Shown: piece by piece, positions 52,640-62,544 of the stretch
How positions within the stretch are numbered: the first letter of the stretch is position 1
How the letters are laid out: every line of letters begins with the position of its first letter
Assembly: GCF_044704955.1 (NCBI RefSeq)
Contig: NC_091999.1
Span: 58,094,001 to 58,158,000 of the forward strand
Reading direction: 5' to 3'
DNA: 64,000 bases
Source: Pristiophorus japonicus
Lineage: Eukaryota
Program-made: the position numbers and the translations under genes
The notes under the pieces: model-generated
What the model was told of the DNA's origin: nothing
Database searches by the model: none
What the model saw: the letters and a program-made list of their open reading frames with translations, nothing else

Positions 52640-53310
52640 CTCGCCTATCTTTGCACTTGTTACATAACATCACCAACCAAATCAAGGCTATAACTATCTG
52701 TACTGCCACTAGGTTATGTGAAAGGATCGTTATCCAGGGATGTATAATATCAGGTTATCCTTTATTTCACTGTCCAGTTCTTTTGCTTTATCCTTCAGAT
52801 CTTGATATATTTTAATGTTATTTCTTGAGCTAGTTAAATCTTCAAGTAACAGGGGAATTGATTGTGCTTGCTCTTACATGTAAACATCAATATCTTGCTT
52901 AATCTCATCGCTTATATTTCATGTCACTGTCTTCCTGGCATGTCATGCGTGCTCTTCCCACTGCCACCGATTGTCTTGAAGTCACGTAAGTTCCCAGGCT
53001 AGTTACCGCACAATATTCCCCTCGCCCTTGATCGTTGTAATGTGTGGGTTCGGTTCGGGCAGGGTTTTTTCCACTGACACATCCTTCCGTAGTATTGTCA
53101 TACCCGCAGCTATCCTTGCTCCCGTCTCCCACTGGGCGAGGACCTATAGTTAGGCATCTTTCTCTCCGGCACACGGATAACGATATTCCCCTTATATTTC
53201 CATTCATTTTGCTATCATACTGGTCCATTGCGGATGTACTCTTCCCCTCGTATTATGTTTGTTTCCCCTCACATCCTCCTGTAACCGCATACACCCTTGT
53301 CATTCCTTTC
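52640..53310 (-). pseudogene. ERV env remnant (Cys-rich ectodomain, heptad repeat, transmembrane helix)
   Basis: GISLSVCRRERCLTIGP..SCGYDNTTEGC..GRGEYCAVTS, then LEDLTSSRNNIKIYQDLKDKAKELDSEIKD (coiled coil) and HPWITILSHNLVAVQIVIALIWLVMLC; stops and frameshifts; lies upstream of PPT/LTR. Confidence 0.65.
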
Positions 53311-53790
53311 AAAAAGGGCCACATTACAGCAAATGTCAAAAGGGACAAAGTTGTTAAAAAGACAAGCCTGAAGGCTCTGTGCCTCAATGCGAGGAGTATT
53401 TGTAATAAGGTGGAAGAATTAACTGCACAGGCAGCAATTAATGAATATGATATAATTGGCATCACGTTGACATGGCTGTCCTAAGGCTGTGTACCCTGGT
53501 ACCGGACTTCCCCAACATCGGGAACAAGCTACCCGCATCTAACCTGTCCCATCCCGCCAGAATCTTTATGTTTCTATGGAATCCCCTCTCATCCTTCTAA
53601 GGTCCAATGTATAAAAATCCAGTTGATCCAGTCTCTCATCCAATGACAGTCCAGCCATCCCGGGAATCAGTCTGGTGAACCTTCGCTGCACTCCCTCTAT
53701 AGCAAGAACGTCCTTCCTCACATTAGGAGATCAAAACAGAACAAAATATTCCAGGTGAGGCCTCACCAAGGCCCAGTACAACTGCAGTAA
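53310..53790. mobile_element. CR1 fragments: endonuclease N-terminus (plus, 53310-53480) and RT C-terminus (minus, ~53490-53790)
   Basis: LKALCLNARSICNKVEEL..YDIIGITLTWL; minus strand [26 protein letters not shown]. Confidence 0.85.
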
Positions 53791-54561
53791 GAATTTGTTG
53801 AATCTGCATTTTACTGTAATTCTATGACATTCTGAACCGATAAAGAAATGTAATTGTGAAATTTATCTCTGTCTCTCAGTCTCTGCCTCACTCTCTACCT
53901 CTGTCTCTTTAGAGATCTGTGCATGTGTTTGCGTGTTTGAGTCTTTGCCTCCCTCACACTGCCTCTCTCTGACTCACTCTGTCTCTCCCTTTTTCTCTGT
54001 TTGTCTCGGTCTCTCAATCTGCCCGTGTCTTTCTCACAGTGTCCAATTCTGTTCCAAAGGGATTCTCTCAGTCTCTCTGTCTGACTGTCTCTCTCTTTCC
54101 CATCATCACTGTCTGTCTATGTCTCTGCCTGTCTGTCTCTCTTTGCCTGTCTCTGTTCGACCCTGTCTCTAACTTGTTGAGTATTTCCATCATTTTCTGT
54201 TTTTATCTCTGTCTCTCTCTCTCTATCTTCTCTCTCACTATCTCTCTCTCTCTCTTTGTCGCTCTCTTTGTCCATGTCTTTGTCTTTGTCTCTGGCTTTC
54301 CATTACTATTTACCTCCCTCTCTTTATGGAGCACACACACACACATCTCTGTGTATGTGTGTGTTTGAGTCTTTGTCTCACTCAGTCTGCCTATCCCTCT
54401 CAGTCTCACACTTGCTCTCTCTCTCTATTTCTCTAGCTCGCTGTCTGTCTCTCCCTGTTTCTCTTTTTGTGTCTGTCTCTCAATGTGTCTGTCTCTTTCT
54501 CACGGTGTCCAGTTCTTTTCACAGCTCGATTCCTGCTGTCTCAAAATCTACACCCGTCAGC

Positions 54562-54606
54562 ACCTCGTTAGTATAGTCGTGAGTATCCCCGCCTGTCATG
54601 CGGGAG
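54562..54606 (+). pseudogene. tRNA-Asp(GTC) pseudogene, 3' part deleted
   Basis: CCTCGTTAGTATAGTCGTGAGTATCCCCGCCTGTCATGCGGGAG, then jumps to the 3' flank; T arm missing. Confidence 0.9.
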
Positions 54607-54824
54607 GAAGCATTTTCGAAATGTTGAATTGTACTTCTGTTATTCGGTATAGATTCATATTAAAAGTTCCAGAGCAACATAGAAGAGTAAAAATACAGCA
54701 AGAGGAGATTGGCTCTTCCAAATTTTTCGGAAACGGAGACTTTTTCTGGACTCTGTGGCGTTCTGATGCAGAGAGATAGATGATTGAGTTTTATCTGAGT
54801 AACATTTAAAGAGGCAGAAACCCA

Positions 54825-54905
54825 GTATCGTGCCTGGTTGGTGAAGGCAATGGACGAAGAAATCCATTGGGGTTTTCCTGCGCAGGTTCGATCCTGCCAA
54901 CTACT
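54825..54905 (+). pseudogene. tRNA-Ser(AGA) pseudogene
   Basis: Degenerate match to GTAGTCGTGGCCGAGTGG...GCAGGTTCGAATCCTGCCGACTACG with indels. Confidence 0.85.
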
Positions 54906-55314
54906 GATTTCAGCATTTTTCATTCTATTTCACAATTTAACCAGATCTCTGCAAAACGGATCCAGAGTTAGGTAAAATAATGTCCCATACATTTCAACAC
55001 TGACATTTTTTCTAATTTTCATTAATCTGCAATATTCACGATACATACGGTTGCAAAAACGCAAAAATCAGCCAAATTAGCGACAGTGATTCAACCTGTC
55101 TCTCCCTCTATATGTTTAAGGCACTCTGTGTATGTCCGTTGGTGCATGTATATTTTTGGTAGTGTGTGTGTGTGTGTGTGTCTCTATGTGTGCCTATCTG
55201 TATGTATGTCACTGTGTATGTTCAACTGTCTGTGGATATCATCACCATGAATTTGGTATGAACTGGAACTTGTTAAAAAGATTTGGAAAATAATACGGTT
55301 GTGACATTTGATAT

Positions 55315-55535
55315 CGGCTTTGGTTCAGCGGCAGTATTTTCGATTTCAAGTGCCACTCCTGAGAATTGAGCATATAATCTTGGCTGACACTCAAGTGCAG
55401 TACTTCAAGAATTTTACATTGTCGAAGCTGTTGACTTTCGGATGAAATGTTAAATTGAAGCTCTGTTTGCTCTCTCGGGTGAATGTTAAAGTTCCAACAG
55501 CATTATTCGAAAAAGTGTCGTGAGTTGCCCCGTGT
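55315..55535 (+). mobile_element. tRNA-headed SINE with Deu-domain-like core (further copies ~56315-56560, 58262-58510, 60223-60470, 62160-62380)
   Basis: GGTTCAGTGGCAGCA..GTTCAAGT..ACTCCTGAGACTTGAGCA..GCTGACACTC..TTTCGGATGA..GTTAAA, resembling DeuSINE/SacSINE1-type elements. Confidence 0.7.
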
Positions 55536-55704
55536 ACCACACCTTTCAACGCTGCCATTTTTTTCTTTATTTCATTCATCTGCAATATTCACGATACATA
55601 CGGATAGAAAAAAGCAAAAGGCAGCCAAAGTAGCGAGAGTGGCCCTGCCTGTCTATCCCTCTATTTGTCTAAGGCACTCTGTGTATATCTTGATCTGGTG
55701 TCAT

Positions 55705-56152
55705 CGTACATGAGTCATTGAAAGTTGGCAGCAGGTGGTAAAAAGGCAAATGGCATGTTCGCCTTCATAGCGAGGTGATTTGAGTATAAGAGCAGGGAAG
55801 TCTTAGTGCAATTACACAGGGTCTTGCTGAGGCCACACCTGGACTATTGTGTCCAGTTTTGGTCTCCAAATCTGAGGAAGGACGTCCTTGCGATTGAGGG
55901 AGTACAGCGAATGTTCACCAGCTTGATTCCCGGGATGGCACGACTGACATATGAGGAGAGACTGGATCAATTGGGCGGTATACACTGGAGTTTAGAAGAA
56001 TGAGAGGCGATCTCATAGAAATATATAAAATTCTGACGAGTTTGGACAGGTTAGAGGCAGAAAGAATGTTCCCGTTGCTGTGGAGTTCAAGAACCAAGGT
56101 CTCAGTCCAAGAATAAGGGGTAAGCCATTTAAGACCGAGATGAGGAGAAACT
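55705..56152 (+). mobile_element. CR1 RT C-terminal fragment inside tRNA unit 1
   Basis: LHRVLLRPHLDYCVQFWSPNLRKDVLAIEGVQRMFTSLIPGM. Confidence 0.9.
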
Positions 56153-56671
56153 TTTTGGTAGTGTGTGTGTGTGTGTGTGTCTCTATGTGTGCCTATCTGT
56201 ATGTATGTCACTGTGTATGTTCAACTGTCTGTGGATATCATCACCATGAATTTGGTATGTACTGGAAATTGTTAAAAAGACTTGGGGAAAATAATACGGT
56301 TGTGTACTTTTGTATCGGCTTTGGTTCAGTGGCAGCATTCTCGACTGAATCAGGAGTTTGTGTGTTCAAGTCGCACTCCTGAGACTTGAGCATATCATCT
56401 TGGCAAACACTCAAGTGCAGCACTTGGGGAATTTTGCAATGTTGAATCTGTTGACTTTCGGATGAATGTTGAATTGAAGCTCCGTCTGCACCCTCGGGTG
56501 GATATGAAAGTTCCCAGTGCATTACTCGAAAAAGAATAGGAGAGTTGCCCCCGTGTCAATATGACTAAAAATGTTCGTAAATGCTCACTGAAAGTCGATG
56601 TGTATGTGTTTGTATGTGGGGTTGGGGTTCAAGCCCAGATTCTCACAGAGACAGAATCCAGGTACTCACAG

Positions 56672-56741
56672 GAGTCGTTGAGGCGTTGGCCTTAAAGTTC
56701 AATGGCTTTTTCCAGCGTGGGTTCGTAACCCACTCCTGGTA
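56672..56741 (+). pseudogene. tRNA-Leu(TAA) pseudogene, 5' end deleted
   Basis: AGGCGTTGGCCTTAAAGTTCAATG..GTGGGTTCGTAACCCACTCCTGGTA. Confidence 0.8.
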
Positions 56742-57479
56742 TCTCTTTAATTTAACACGGATTTCCTCCCATTCTGATCAGTGAGACCGGATTTTCATCG
56801 GTTGAATCAGCAATTTTCTGTAACAATGTGACACTCTGAACCGATAATGAAATGAAATTGTGAAATGTATCTGTGTCACTCGGTCTCTGCCTCTCTCTCT
56901 CTCTTCAGAGAGTTGTGTATGTGTTTGTATGTTTGAGTCTTTGTCTCTCTCACTCTGTCTGTCCCTATTTCTCTGTTTGTCTCTGTCTCTCAATCTGTCT
57001 CTTTCTCACGGTGCCCACGTCTGTTCCAATGGGATCCTCTCAGACTCTTTGTCTGACTGGCTCTCTCTTTCCCATCATTTCGGTCTGTCCATGTCTTTGC
57101 CTGTCTCTGTTAGTCCCTGCCTGTAAGCTGAGAAGTATTTCCATCATTTTCTGTTTAAGTCTCTATCACTCTCTCTCTATCTGTCTCTCTCCTTGTCACT
57201 CTCTTTATCGTTGTCTTTCTCTCACTCTTTCCCTCGCTCTCTTAATAGATCACACACACACATCTCTGTATATGAAAATGTTTGAGTCTTTTTCTCACTC
57301 AGTGTGCCTATCCTTCTCAGTCTCACACTTTCTGTCTCTCGTTGTCTCTATCTCGCTGTCTGTCTCTCCCTGTTTGTCGGTTTGTCTCTGTCTCTTAATG
57401 TGTCTGTCGACTTCTCATGGTGTCCAGTTCTGTTCACAGTGGCTGGATTCCTGCTCTGACAGAAGTGGTACCCGTCAGT

Positions 57480-57553
57480 TCCTCGTTAGTATAGTGGTAA
57501 GTATGCCCCCCCCTATCACGCGGGAAACCGCGGTTCAATTCCCCGACGGGGAG
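57480..57553 (+). pseudogene. tRNA-Asp-derived pseudogene
   Basis: TCCTCGTTAGTATAGTGG...TTCAATTCCCCGACGGGGAG with a C-run insertion in the anticodon arm and GTC>ATC. Confidence 0.85.
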
Positions 57554-57772
57554 GCAGTTGTTTTAAAATGCAGCTTTTTACTTCTGTTTCTTGGCAGAGA
57601 TGCATATTAAAAAGTTCCAGAACAATATCGAACTGTAAAAATACATTTAGAGGAGATTCCCTCGTCCACATTTTTAGCAAACGAAGAATTTGTCCCGAGT
57701 CTTTGGCCGTCTGCTGCACAGAGATGGATGACTGAGATTTTTCTGAGTAACGATTAAAAAGGCAGCGACACA

Positions 57773-57853
57773 TTAGTCGTGGCCGAGTGGTTAAGGCGAT
57801 GGACTAGAAAGCCATTGGGTTATCCCGTGCAGGTTCGAATCCTGCCGACCACG
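57773..57853 (+). tRNA. tRNA-Ser(AGA), probably impaired
   Basis: A and B boxes intact, anticodon AGA; mismatches in the acceptor stem (two) and anticodon stem (one). Confidence 0.7.
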
Positions 57854-58618
57854 ATTCTCAGTATTTTTCATTCCATTTCACAATTTAACCGGTTCTCTGC
57901 CAAACTGAACCTGAGATTTATGGAACAACGTCCCACACCTTTCAACGCTGACATTTTCTTCTCATTTTTATATTCACGATCCAATATTCACGATACATCC
58001 GTTTCAAAAATCGCAAACGTCAGTCAAAGTTGCGACAGTGATTCAGACTGTCTATCCCTCGAGATGACGAAGGCATCTGTGCATGCCCGTTGGTGCGTGC
58101 AAATTTTTGGTTATGTGTGTGCGTGTCTTTGTGTCTGTCTATCTCTGTATATGTCTCTGTGTATGTGCAACTGTCTGTGGAAATCATCACCATGAATTTG
58201 GTATGTCCTGGAACTTATAAAAAAGACTTGGGGAAAATAATACGGTTGTTTAACTTTTGTATCGGCTTTGGTTCAGTGGCAGCATTCTCGACTGAATCGG
58301 GAGTTTGTGTGTTCAAGTCGCACTCCTGAGACTTGAGCATATCATCTTGGCTAACACTCAAGTGCAGCACTTGGGGAATTTTGCAATGTTGAAGCTGTTG
58401 ACTTTCGGATGAATGTTAAATTGAAGCTCCATCTGCACCCTCGGGTGGATATGAAAGGTCCCAGAGCATTAATCGAAACAGAGTATGAGAGTTGCCCCCG
58501 TGTCAATATGACTAAAAATGTTCGTAAATCTCACTGAAAGCCGATGTGTATGTGTTTGTATGTGGGGTTGGGGTTGAAGCCCAGATTCTCACAGAGACAA
58601 AATCCAGGCTCTCACAGG

Positions 58619-58700
58619 ACCAGGATAGCCGAGTGGTTGAGGCGTTGGCCTTAAAATTCAATGTGTTTTTCCCGCGTGGGTTCGTACCCCACTCCTGGTA
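58619..58700 (+). pseudogene. tRNA-Leu(TAA), full length but probably a pseudogene
   Basis: ACCAGGATAGCCGAGTGG...GTGGGTTCGTACCCCACTCCTGGTA; acceptor stem intact; anticodon-stem mismatch, weak variable arm. Confidence 0.8.
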
Positions 58701-59448
58701 TCTCTTTAATTTAACACGGATTTCCTCCCATTCTGATCAGTGAGACCGGATTTTCATCGGTTGAACCAGCAATTTTCTGCAACAATGTGACACTCTGAAC
58801 CGATAATGAAATGAAATTGTGAAATATATCTGCGTCGCTCGGTCTCTCCCTCTCTCTCTCTCTTTAGAGAGTTGTGTATGTGTTTGTATGTTTGAGTCTT
58901 TGTCTCTCTCAGTCTGACTCACTCTGTCTGTCCCTGTTTCTCTCTTTGTCTCTGTCTCTCAATCTGTCTCTTTCTCACGGTGCCACGTCGTGTTCCAATG
59001 GGATTCTCTCAGACTCTTTGTCTGACTGGCTCTCTCTTTCCCATCATTTCGGTCTGTCCATATCTTTGCCTGTCTCTGTTACTCCCTGCCTGTAAGCTGA
59101 GAAGTATTTCCATCATTTTCTATTTTAGTCTCTATCGCTCCCACTCTATCTCTCTCTCTCCTTGTCACTGACTTTATCATTGTCTTTCTCTCACTCTTTC
59201 CCTCTCTCTCTCAATAGATCACACACACACACATCTCTGTATATGTATATGTTTGAGTCTTTTTCTCACTCAGTCTGCCTCTCCTTCTCAGTCTCACACT
59301 TTCTGTCTCTCGTTGTCTCCATCTCGCTGTCTGTCTCTCCCTGTTTGTCGGTTTGTCTGTCTCTCAATGTGTCTGTCGACTTCTCATGGTGTCCATTTCT
59401 GTTCACAGTGGCTCGATTCCTGCTCTGACAGAACTGGTACACGTCAGT

Positions 59449-59520
59449 TCCTCGTTAGTATGGACGTAAGTATCCGTGCCTGTCACGCGGGAGACCGGGG
59501 ATCAATTCCCCGACGGGGAG
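59449..59520 (+). pseudogene. tRNA-Asp(GTC) pseudogene
   Basis: 72 bp, anticodon GTC, but D loop/A box (TATGGACG) and B box (GGATCAA) are mutated. Confidence 0.85.
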
Positions 59521-59738
59521 GCAGTTGTTTCAAAATGTCGAATTTTACTTTTGTTTCTTGGTCGAGATTCATGTTAAAAAGTTCCAGAGCAATATCGAAC
59601 TGTAAAAATACAGATCGAGGAGATTGCCTCTTCCAGAATTCAGCAAACGGAGACTATTTCAGGAGTCTTTGGCCGTCTGATGCACAGAGATGGATGACTG
59701 AGCTTTTTCTGAGTAACGATTAAAAAGGCAGCGACACA

Positions 59739-59819
59739 GTAATCGTGGTCGTGTGGTTACGGCGATGGACTCGAAATCCATTGGGTTATCTCGCGCAGGT
59801 TCGAATTCTGCCGACAACG
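59739..59819 (+). pseudogene. tRNA-Ser copy with anticodon CGA, probably a pseudogene
   Basis: ATGGACTCGAAATCCAT anticodon arm; acceptor-stem and D-arm mismatches. Confidence 0.8.
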
Positions 59820-60579
59820 ATTCTCAGCATTTCTCATTCCATTTCATAATTTAACCAGTTCTCTGCCAAATTGATCCTGAGGTAGATGGAATAACGCCCA
59901 CACCTTTCAATACTGACATTTTTTTCTCATGTTTATTAATATACAATATTCACGATGCATCCGTTTCAAAAATCGCAAACATCAGTCAAAGTTGCGACAG
60001 TGATTCAGCCTGTCTATCCCTCGAGATGACGAAGGCATCTGTGCATGCCCGTTGGTGCGTGTAAATTTTTGGTTATGTGTGAGTGTGTCTCTGTGTCTGT
60101 CTATCTCTATATATGTCTCTGTGTATGTGCAACTGTCTGTGGAAATCATCACCATGAATTTGGTATGTCCTGGAACTTATAAAAAAGGCTTGGGGAAAAT
60201 AATACGGTTGTGAACTTTTGTATCGGCTTTGGTTCAGTGGCAGCATTCTCGACTGAATCGGGAGTTTGTGTGTTCAAGTCGCACTCCTGAGACTTGAGCA
60301 TATCATCTTGGCAAACACTCAAGTGCAGCACTTGGGAAATTTTGCAATGTTGAAGCTGTTGACTTTCGGATGAATGTTAAATTGAAGCTCCGTCTGCGCC
60401 TCGGGTGGATATGAAAGTTCCCAGTGCATTACGCAAAAAAGTATAGGAGAGTTGCCCCCGTGTCAATATTACTAAAAATGTTCATAAATGCTCACTGAAA
60501 GCCGATGTGTATGTGTTTGTATGTGGGGTTGGGGTTGAAGCCCAGATTCTCACAGAGACAAAATCCAGGTTCTCACAGG

Positions 60580-60654
60580 ACCAGGATAGCCGAGTGGTTG
60601 AGGCGTTGGCCTTAAAATTCAATGGGTTTTACCCGCGTGGGTTCGTACCTGGTA
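60580..60654 (+). pseudogene. tRNA-Leu(TAA) pseudogene with T-stem deletion
   Basis: GTGGGTTCGTACCTGGTA lacks the 3' strand of the T stem. Confidence 0.85.
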
Positions 60655-61393
60655 TCTCTTTAATTTAATTTAACACGGATTTCCTCGCATTCTCATCAGT
60701 GATACCGGGTTTTCATCGGTTGAATCAGCAATTTTCTGTAACAATGTGACACTCTGAACCGATAATGAAATGAAATTGTGAAATATATCTGTGCGGCCCG
60801 GTCTCTGCCTCTCTCTCTCTCTTCAGAGAGGTTTGTATGTTTGAGTCTTTGTCTCTCTCTGTCTGACTCACTCTGTCGGTCCCTGTTTCTCTGTTTGTCT
60901 CTGTCTCTCAATCTGTCTCTTTCTCACGGTGCCACGTCTGTTCCAATGGGATTCTCTCAGACTCTTTGTCTGACTGGCTCTCTCTTTCCCATCATTTCGG
61001 TCTCTCCATGTCTTTGCCTGTCTCTGTTAGTCCCTGCCTGTAAGCTGAGAAGTATTTCCATCAATTTCTGTTTTAATCTCTATCGCTCTCTCTCTATCTG
61101 TCTCTCTCCTTGTCACTGTCTTTATCATTATCTTTCTCTCACTCTTTCCCGCTCTCTCTTAATAGATCACACACACACATCTCTGTATATGTATATGTTT
61201 GAGTCTCTTTCTCACTCAGTCTGCCTCTCCTTCTCAGTCTCACACTTTCTGTCCCTCGTTGTCTCTATCTCGCTGTCTGTCTCTCCCTGTTTGTCGGTTT
61301 GTCTCTGTCTCTCAATGTGTCTGTCGACTTCTCATGGTGTCCAGTTCTGTTCACAGCTCGATTCCTGCTCTGACAGGTATGACAGCCGTCGGT

Positions 61394-61465
61394 TCCTCGT
61401 TAGTATAGTGGTGCGTGTCCCCGCTAGTCACGGAGGAGACCGGGGTTCAATTCCTCGACGGGGAG
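61394..61465 (+). pseudogene. tRNA-Asp(GTC), probably a pseudogene
   Basis: A and B boxes present; anticodon loop/stem altered (CCCGCTAGTCACGGAGG). Confidence 0.8.
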
Positions 61466-61674
61466 CCAGTTGTTTCAAAATGTCGAATTTAGTTCAGTTT
61501 CTTGGTAGAGGTTTATATTAAAAAGTTCCAGAACAATATCGATCTGTAAAAATACAGGTGGAGGAGATCACATTTTTCGCAAACCGAGAATTTTTCAGGA
61601 TTATTTGGCCGTCTGCTGCACAGAGATGGGTGACTGAGTTTTTTCTGAGTAACGTTCAAAAAGGCAGCGATACA

Positions 61675-61755
61675 GTAGTCGTGGCCGAGTGGTTGAGGCG
61701 ATGGACTAGAAATCCATTGGGTTATTCCGTGCAGGTTCGAATCCTGCCGACTACG
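61675..61755 (+). tRNA. tRNA-Ser(AGA), apparently intact
   Basis: Acceptor GTAGTCG/CGACTAC, anticodon stem ATGGA/TCCAT and T stem GCAGG/CCTGC all pair; A and B boxes intact; T5 Pol III terminator about 10 bp downstream. Confidence 0.88.
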
Positions 61756-62461
61756 ATTCTCAGCATTTTTCATTCCATTTCACAATTGAACCAGTTCTCT
61801 GCCAAACAGATCGCGAGATAGATGGAATAACGTCCCACACCTTTCAACACTGACATTTTTTTCTCATTTTTATAAATCTGCAATATTCACGATACATACG
61901 GATAGGAAAATATAAAAATCAGTCAAAGTTGCGACAGTGAGTCAGCCTTTCTTCCCCTTTATATGTCGAAGGCATCTGTGCATGTCCTTTGGTGCGTGTA
62001 AATTTTTGGTTACGTATGTGTGTGTGTCTCTGTCTGACGATCTGTATATATGTCTCTGTGTATTTGCAACTGTCTGTGGAAATCATCACCATGAATTGAG
62101 TATGTCCTGGAACTTATGAAAAAGACTTGGGGAAAATAATAGGGTTGTGAACTTTTGTATCGGCTTTGATTCAGTGGCAGCATTTTCGACTGAGACTTGA
62201 GCATATCATCTGGGCTAACACTCAAGTGCACCACGTGGGGAATTTTGCAATGTTGAAGCTGTTGACTTTCGGATGAAATGTTAAATTGAAGCTCCGTCTG
62301 CACCCTCGGGTGGATATGAAAGGTCCCAGAGCATTGCTCGAAAAAGAATAGGAGAGTTGTCCCCGTATCAATATTGCTAAAAATGTTCATAAATGCTCAC
62401 TGAAAGCCGATGTGTATGTGTTTGTCTGTGGGGTTGGGGTTGAAGCCCAGATTCGCATGGG

Positions 62462-62544
62462 ACCGGGATGGTCGAGTGTTTAAGGCGTTGGCCTGAAAAT
62501 TTAATAGGTTTTTCCCCAAGTTGGTTCGTTCCCCACTCCTGGTA
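62462..62544 (+). pseudogene. tRNA-Leu-derived pseudogene
   Basis: ACCGGGATGGTCGAGTG..GGTTCGTTCCCCACTCCTGGTA, heavily substituted. Confidence 0.8.

Larger units (their letters stand above)
53795..62544 (+). repeat. Tandem array of four ~2-kb tRNA-cluster units (CT-rich spacer, tRNA-Asp, tRNA-Ser, SINE, tRNA-Leu)
   Basis: Asp copies start at 54562, 57480, 59449, 61394 (periods 2918, 1969, 1945); spacers are colinear. Confidence 0.95.

Noticed and set aside
61466-61468. Encoded CCA after tRNA-Asp as a sign of a retroposed tRNA
   Set aside because: Sibling units have GCA at this position within colinear flanks; a single substitution explains it
53860-61521. Cys/Leu/Ser-rich ORFs of 100-250 aa in the tRNA array
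   Set aside because: Translations of degenerate (CT)n/(GTCT)n low-complexity spacers
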